Origin: Pseudomonadota bacterium
GTDB lineage: Bacteria; Bdellovibrionota; FAC87; UBA2466
Assembly (NCBI GenBank): GCA_043718025.1
Contig: JAYSWN010000169.1
Coordinates: 1 to 50,934 of the forward strand
Length of the DNA stretch: 50,934 nucleotides
Direction of reading: 5' to 3'
Position 1 is the stretch's first letter. Each line of letters opens with the position of its first letter. Of the stretch, positions 47,117 to 50,934 are shown piece after piece. The position numbers and the translations under genes are program-made. The notes below the pieces were generated by a model. That model had not been told where the DNA came from. It saw only the letters and a list, made by a program, of their open reading frames with translations, and did not search any database.

Positions 47117-47275
47117 ATGTCAAATTCGTCCTCTTGGAGAACGTTGTTATTTGTAGCCCTGGCCGCATTCGGCATGGCTATCTTTCGCCTTTCGGCAGAA
47201 ATTCCGCCGAAGGTAGGCGGCAGCGCGCCTACACCCTGTAAGATGAAACGGGTTGGCGGCGCCTATACGCCGTAA
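47117..47275 (+). CDS. Putative small membrane or secreted protein (52 aa)
   Basis: Strong GAGGAG RBS; MSNSSSWRTLLFVALAAFGMAIFRLSA hydrophobic segment; fills an otherwise empty gap. Confidence 0.5.
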   Translation: MSNSSSWRTLLFVALAAFGMAIFRLSAEIPPKVGGSAPTPCKMKRVGGAYTP

Positions 47276-47302
47276 CCGAAACCCCGTCTGCCTTCTCATT
47301 AA

Positions 47303-48046
47303 TTACTTAAAGAATTTGCCTTTTCCCGCAGTCAGCGTGCGATAGGCCTGGTCCACTTTGATGAAACGATTACCGACGCGGGTGATCTCTTGATTGAGAT
47401 CAGGATGAAACTTCTTAGCGAGTTCACGGTAACGCTTGTGAATCGCGTCCCAGGTGGGAACTCCCGATTCTAAGCCTAATACATTCAGCGCTAATCGCAG
47501 CTCAGGCGGTAACGGCTCAGAAGTTGGCTTTGAAGTCTGCGCTTCGCGTGCCGCGGCCCGAGAGTCAAAATAGCCGCCGTCAGCCTGCGGTTTAGCCCGC
47601 GGTTCAAAACGATAGGAGTAGCTGCCGGTGTCTTCGCCTTTGCCGCGGGGTGAAGCGGCCGGGCGATTGGCTTGAGGTTCTGCTTTCCACCAGCGCACGA
47701 ACAAGAGATCAAAAACCCCCACCACGGTGACCTTCACAAACCAAACGGCCACGCTAAAAACCATTCCAAAAATATTTGGAAAGCTCATTTCGGAGAGGGG
47801 TTTTAAACCGCTTTCGAGCCGATTAGGGCGATAGTAGGTGTAGTAAAAGGCCCAGAACAACAAGAAGCCCACCGGAAAGACAAGCCCGCCGGGAAGGCTT
47901 TCGATGCTCACTTCTACAAAATATTCGAGGCCCGCAAAAATCAATAGCGATAAGCCGATGGGCAACAGCGAATCGCGCTGATCACGGAACTCTTCCGAAT
48001 CGATGGCGTTAAGTTGCCGGGCTAAAGGGTCGCGGTTCAAAGGCAT
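47303..48046 (-). CDS. Membrane-anchored J-domain (DnaJ-type) co-chaperone
   Basis: Three N-terminal hydrophobic segments, a linker, and a C-terminal J domain ALNVLGL...IHKRYRELAKKFHPDLN...FIKVDQAY. Confidence 0.85.
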   Translation of the reverse strand: MPLNRDPLARQLNAIDSEEFRDQRDSLLPIGLSLLIFAGLEYFVEVSIESLPGGLVFPVGFLLFWAFYYTYYRPNRLESGLKPLSEMSFPNIFGMVFSVAVWFVKVTVVGVFDLLFVRWWKAEPQANRPAASPRGKGEDTGSYSYRFEPRAKPQADGGYFDSRAAAREAQTSKPTSEPLPPELRLALNVLGLESGVPTWDAIHKRYRELAKKFHPDLNQEITRVGNRFIKVDQAYRTLTAGKGKFFK

Positions 48047-48076
48047 TACAATCCTCGGTGCTTTCCCTAATTAGAA

Positions 48077-48092
48077 TGCAGGGTTCACGCCC
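48077..48092 (-). promoter_or_regulatory. Putative sigma54 (-24/-12) promoter of the J-domain gene
   Basis: Minus strand GGGCGTGAACCCTGCA has GG-N10-GC spacing, 30 nt upstream of the ATG. Confidence 0.45.
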
Positions 48093-48193
48093 GCTTTTCA
48101 GCCTCACGTCAGGCTCAAAAGTGTCGAAAGTTTAGGCAACTGTCACCTCATTACCACCACAATTGCTGCACCATCGACCGATAAACTTAGAGT

Positions 48194-48481
48194 ATGAAAG
48201 TCTCATCTGCTTTCCTGATTTTGGTAGTTTTCGCTCTTGCTAATCCGGGAATTTCGGAAGGCAAAAAACTGGGCGAAGCCGCGCGTAAGGCTGCCGCCGA
48301 CAAACCATTAAAAAAGGACATCGATTTGAGACCGGAAACGCCGGTACGCCTTTACGATGATGCCTCGGCTGAATCGCTCGCTGGTCAACGCCAGTTTAAT
48401 CCGCGGGCCCCTCAATCTCAAAGATCAATCCAAGCGGGCCAAAATGTGGCTCCGCCCCCCTCGATTCCGCTTTTTAAATAA
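48194..48481 (+). CDS. Small secreted hypothetical protein (95 aa)
   Basis: Signal peptide MKVSSAFLILVVFALANPGISEG followed by a basic, Pro-rich, low-structure chain. Confidence 0.65.
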   Translation: MKVSSAFLILVVFALANPGISEGKKLGEAARKAAADKPLKKDIDLRPETPVRLYDDASAESLAGQRQFNPRAPQSQRSIQAGQNVAPPPSIPLFK

Positions 48482-48587
48482 ACACCTTCGTTTTCAATTC
48501 AGGTTCAGGGGTAACCGCTTTTCTGCCACAGTTTCAAAAGCTGCGCCTTTGCCGTTCGGCAACAGAGTGAGTATCCTCATTGCATTA

Positions 48588-49544
48588 ATGAACTTCCCTT
48601 TTCGCATTGTTGCTTGCGCCATCGCTGCCATTTGGATGGCGGGCCTTTGGTATTTGCCCGTGGCTCTAGAGCGCCCGGAAACGGCAACGTCTATAGAAAC
48701 TTCGTCTGAGCTTTATTCCTGGAAGGGAACTAAGGCGAACTTCGGCATGTTGAAAGCTCGCTTTTACGAAACCGTACAAGATCGCAGCCATTGGAAAATT
48801 TTGTCGGAATTTGCCGAACTACATCGCCGCGAAGACTATGCTTTTCTTACCACCGTGGCCGCCGAATTTACGTCGGCAAAATCCGGCAACGTTGTAAAGA
48901 CGACGAGCCAATTTGGCCGAACCTACTTAACGCGCAAAGACGTCGAACTAAACGGCAACGTGCAAATTCAGTCGCAACAAGGCTATTTGTTCCGCATGGA
49001 AAACCTAACCTACTCCGGCCGTTCGCACCAGTTCCAGAGTGCCGATTTGGTGAGCATGGAAGGGCCCGATCCGCTTAAACCTAAAATGCGTTTGCGCGGA
49101 ACCGGGTTAATTGGCAACGCCGATTCCGAGCACTTTATTCTCAAAAAAAATGTGACCGGCGAACGCCGCCTGGGCGGTTCGGGCGCCTGGATGAAAATCA
49201 CCTCACTGCAGGGCGAATTTTATACGGCCGAAAGCCGATCCCTGTTCATAGGTAGAGTAAAAGCGATCCTGCCCAAAATGGCGGTAGACTGCGATAAACT
49301 TCGCTTGGTGGTGGCGGATGAAACCGAAGACATCGAAGCGCGCGGAAATGTAAAAGTCACCACGCGCGGCCGAACGGCATACGCAGACACCGCGGTTTTG
49401 CAAGTGGGCGGAAGCCAGATTTTGCTCGAAGGCAAAGCGCGCGTCGATTCAAAGGACAATCAAATTCGGGGTCGGCGAATTCTTCTTTTCACCGACGAAG
49501 ATCGCATCGAAGTGGATGATGCAGAAGGGAGTTCCCGCTCGTGA
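48588..49544 (+). CDS. lptC: LPS export periplasmic protein, LptC with a fused LptA/OstA-like domain
   Basis: One N-terminal TM; beta-jellyroll patterns (WKILSEFA, LNGNVQI, LTY, LRGTGL; then IEARGNVKV, AYADTA, ILLEGKARV, IRGRRI); directly upstream of lptB-rpoN. Promoter TTGCCG-N17-TATCCT at 48549-48577. Confidence 0.75.
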   Translation: MNFPFRIVACAIAAIWMAGLWYLPVALERPETATSIETSSELYSWKGTKANFGMLKARFYETVQDRSHWKILSEFAELHRREDYAFLTTVAAEFTSAKSGNVVKTTSQFGRTYLTRKDVELNGNVQIQSQQGYLFRMENLTYSGRSHQFQSADLVSMEGPDPLKPKMRLRGTGLIGNADSEHFILKKNVTGERRLGGSGAWMKITSLQGEFYTAESRSLFIGRVKAILPKMAVDCDKLRLVVADETEDIEARGNVKVTTRGRTAYADTAVLQVGGSQILLEGKARVDSKDNQIRGRRILLFTDEDRIEVDDAEGSSRS

Positions 49545-50260
49545 CCCTACATACGGAGGATCTCACCAAAAAATTTAAAGGCCGCACGGTGGTCGACGGG
49601 GTTTCACTTAGCGTGACGGCGGGCCGCGTGCTTGGCCTACTGGGCCCCAACGGAGCCGGAAAGACCACCACTTTCTACATGATGGTGGGGCTTATCAAGC
49701 CCGACAAAGGGCGGGTGGTGCTCGACGGCCGCGATCTGGCAAACGAGCCTATTTTCACCCGTGCCCGCCTAGGCATGGGGTACTTGCCTCAAGACGCCTC
49801 CATTTTCAGGAAGCTGAGCGTCGAAGATAATTTAGGATTGGTTTTGGATAATTTGGGAATTAGCCGAAAAGAAAAGAGAGCTAGGGCGGAGCGAGTTTTG
49901 CAAGAGCTGTCGATTTCGCACCTAGCCAAAAGTAAGGCAATGACGTTAAGTGGTGGAGAGCGAAGGCGGTTGGAAATAGCGCGAAGCCTGGTTCTCGAAC
50001 CAAAGTTTCTGTTGTTAGACGAACCGTACGCGGGCATTGATCCGCTGGCGGTAGCAGAGATTCAAAGCATAATCGGTCAGTTGCGGGCCAAAGGGATTGG
50101 CATCGTTATCACTGACCATAACGTGAGAGAAACGCTATCGAGCTGCGACACGGCTTACCTGATTAAAGATGGTAAGATTTGGTTACATGGGACGCCGAAA
50201 GAAATCGTTGAAAATGACGCAGCGAAGCGGTTCTATCTAGGCGAGAACTTTAGATTATAG
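49541..50260 (+). CDS. lptB: LPS export ABC transporter ATP-binding protein LptB
   Basis: GLLGPNGAGKTTTFYM, GYLPQDASIFRKL, LSGGERRRLEIAR, LLDEPYAGIDP, ITDHNVRETL, YLGENF. Confidence 0.96.
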   Translation: MTLHTEDLTKKFKGRTVVDGVSLSVTAGRVLGLLGPNGAGKTTTFYMMVGLIKPDKGRVVLDGRDLANEPIFTRARLGMGYLPQDASIFRKLSVEDNLGLVLDNLGISRKEKRARAERVLQELSISHLAKSKAMTLSGGERRRLEIARSLVLEPKFLLLDEPYAGIDPLAVAEIQSIIGQLRAKGIGIVITDHNVRETLSSCDTAYLIKDGKIWLHGTPKEIVENDAAKRFYLGENFRL

Positions 50261-50262
50261 CT

Positions 50263-50934
50263 ATGGCAATCGGACTAAAACAATCACTGAACATGAGTCA
50301 GCAACTGGTGATGACACCGCAGTTGCAGCAGGCCATTAAGCTTCTCCAACTCTCCCGTATGGAGTTAGAGAATCTTATCAACACTGAGCTGGTCGATAAC
50401 CCAGCGCTGGAAGAGGCGCCAGATTCAGAGGGCACCGCGCAGTCGATTAATGACGTTACGCCCGAACAAGCCAACACCAAAGAAGAGAGCCCTCAGGCGA
50501 GCGAAGAATTTAACTGGGAGAGCTACTTAGAAAATGCCCGCTCTACCCCGAGCCTTCCCGTTTACCGCGGCGGCGATGAAGACTTGCCCTCTTACGAAAA
50601 CACGCTGACGAATGCGTCTTCTTTGGCTGACCATCTTTTGTGGCAGTTGAAATTGGCCCCGATGGGCGAAGAAGAAAAGCGCATGGGTGAATCGATTATT
50701 GGTAACGTCAACGACGACGGTTACCTCATGGCGAGTCTCGAGGAGATTTCGCAAAAAGAAGGTTTCGACTACCACGAGCTTGAGTCAGTTTTGTACCGCG
50801 TACAAGAGTTCGATCCGCTCGGCGTGTGCGCGCGCAATTTAAAAGAGTGTCTGCTCGTTCAGTTGTATGACATGCAATGCAACGACGATCAGCTTGAAGC
50901 GATGGTGGAAAACCATCTTACCGACCTCGAAAAA
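50263..50934 (+). CDS. rpoN: RNA polymerase sigma-54 factor, truncated by the right edge
   Basis: Not in the ORF track. MAIGLKQSLNMSQQLVMTPQLQQAIKLLQLSRMEL...NPALEE...SLADHLLWQL...IIGNVNDDGYL...QEFDPLGVCARNLKECL; canonical lptB-rpoN order. Confidence 0.96.
   Translation, partial: MAIGLKQSLNMSQQLVMTPQLQQAIKLLQLSRMELENLINTELVDNPALEEAPDSEGTAQSINDVTPEQANTKEESPQASEEFNWESYLENARSTPSLPVYRGGDEDLPSYENTLTNASSLADHLLWQLKLAPMGEEEKRMGESIIGNVNDDGYLMASLEEISQKEGFDYHELESVLYRVQEFDPLGVCARNLKECLLVQLYDMQCNDDQLEAMVENHLTDLEK

Noticed and set aside
48177..48184. ACCGATAA sigma28-like -10 before the 95-aa gene
   Set aside because: No convincing -35 at the right spacing, so it was not listed as a feature.
48357..48587. 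N-terminal extension of lptC overlapping the 95-aa gene
   Set aside because: A promoter at 48549-48577 and the TM position favour ATG 48588.
1..50934. CRISPR arrays, tRNA/rRNA, IS elements, prophage or defence genes; the many short ORFs in the track
   Set aside because: I saw no spaced direct repeats, cloverleafs, or transposase/integrase/nuclease/RT motifs. The short ORFs overlap well-supported genes in other frames.

Overview
Compact, gene-dense bacterial chromosome segment. The gene content suggests a Bdellovibrionota/delta-proteobacterial-type, probably predatory, organism; this is inferred, not proven. About 40 CDS are present, and I saw no rRNA, tRNA, CRISPR array, integrase or transposase. 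Housekeeping blocks: ABC-2 exporter, gamma-carbonic-anhydrase-like gene and miaB; DegT aminotransferase and trmL; gdhA; prkA-yeaH-spoVR; a tightly coupled deoC-deoB-pdp-punA-cdd nucleoside-salvage operon; an acyl-CoA carboxylase trio; lptC/A-lptB-rpoN (rpoN truncated by the right edge). Less ordinary parts: (i) a translationally coupled four-gene operon (AurF-like diiron enzyme, epoxide-hydrolase-type alpha/beta hydrolase, stand-alone M24 metallopeptidase, SDR), the best candidate for an uncharacterised pathway; (ii) a PilT with a 178-aa Pro-rich/acidic tail, back-to-back with a surface-glycosylation locus (two GT-C-like proteins, a DPPR-synthase-type UbiA, a Wzy-like protein); (iii) many signal-peptide-bearing orphans and hydrolases, several with a terminal C-x2/3-L motif; (iv) two structured intergenic regions (20343-20512, 44698-44912) that may be RNAs; (v) repeated signs of leaderless transcripts and two sigma54-type promoters sharing an upstream 17-bp box. 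Many starts were moved from the ORF track to better-supported codons. All calls come from reading motifs by eye; no database search was run.
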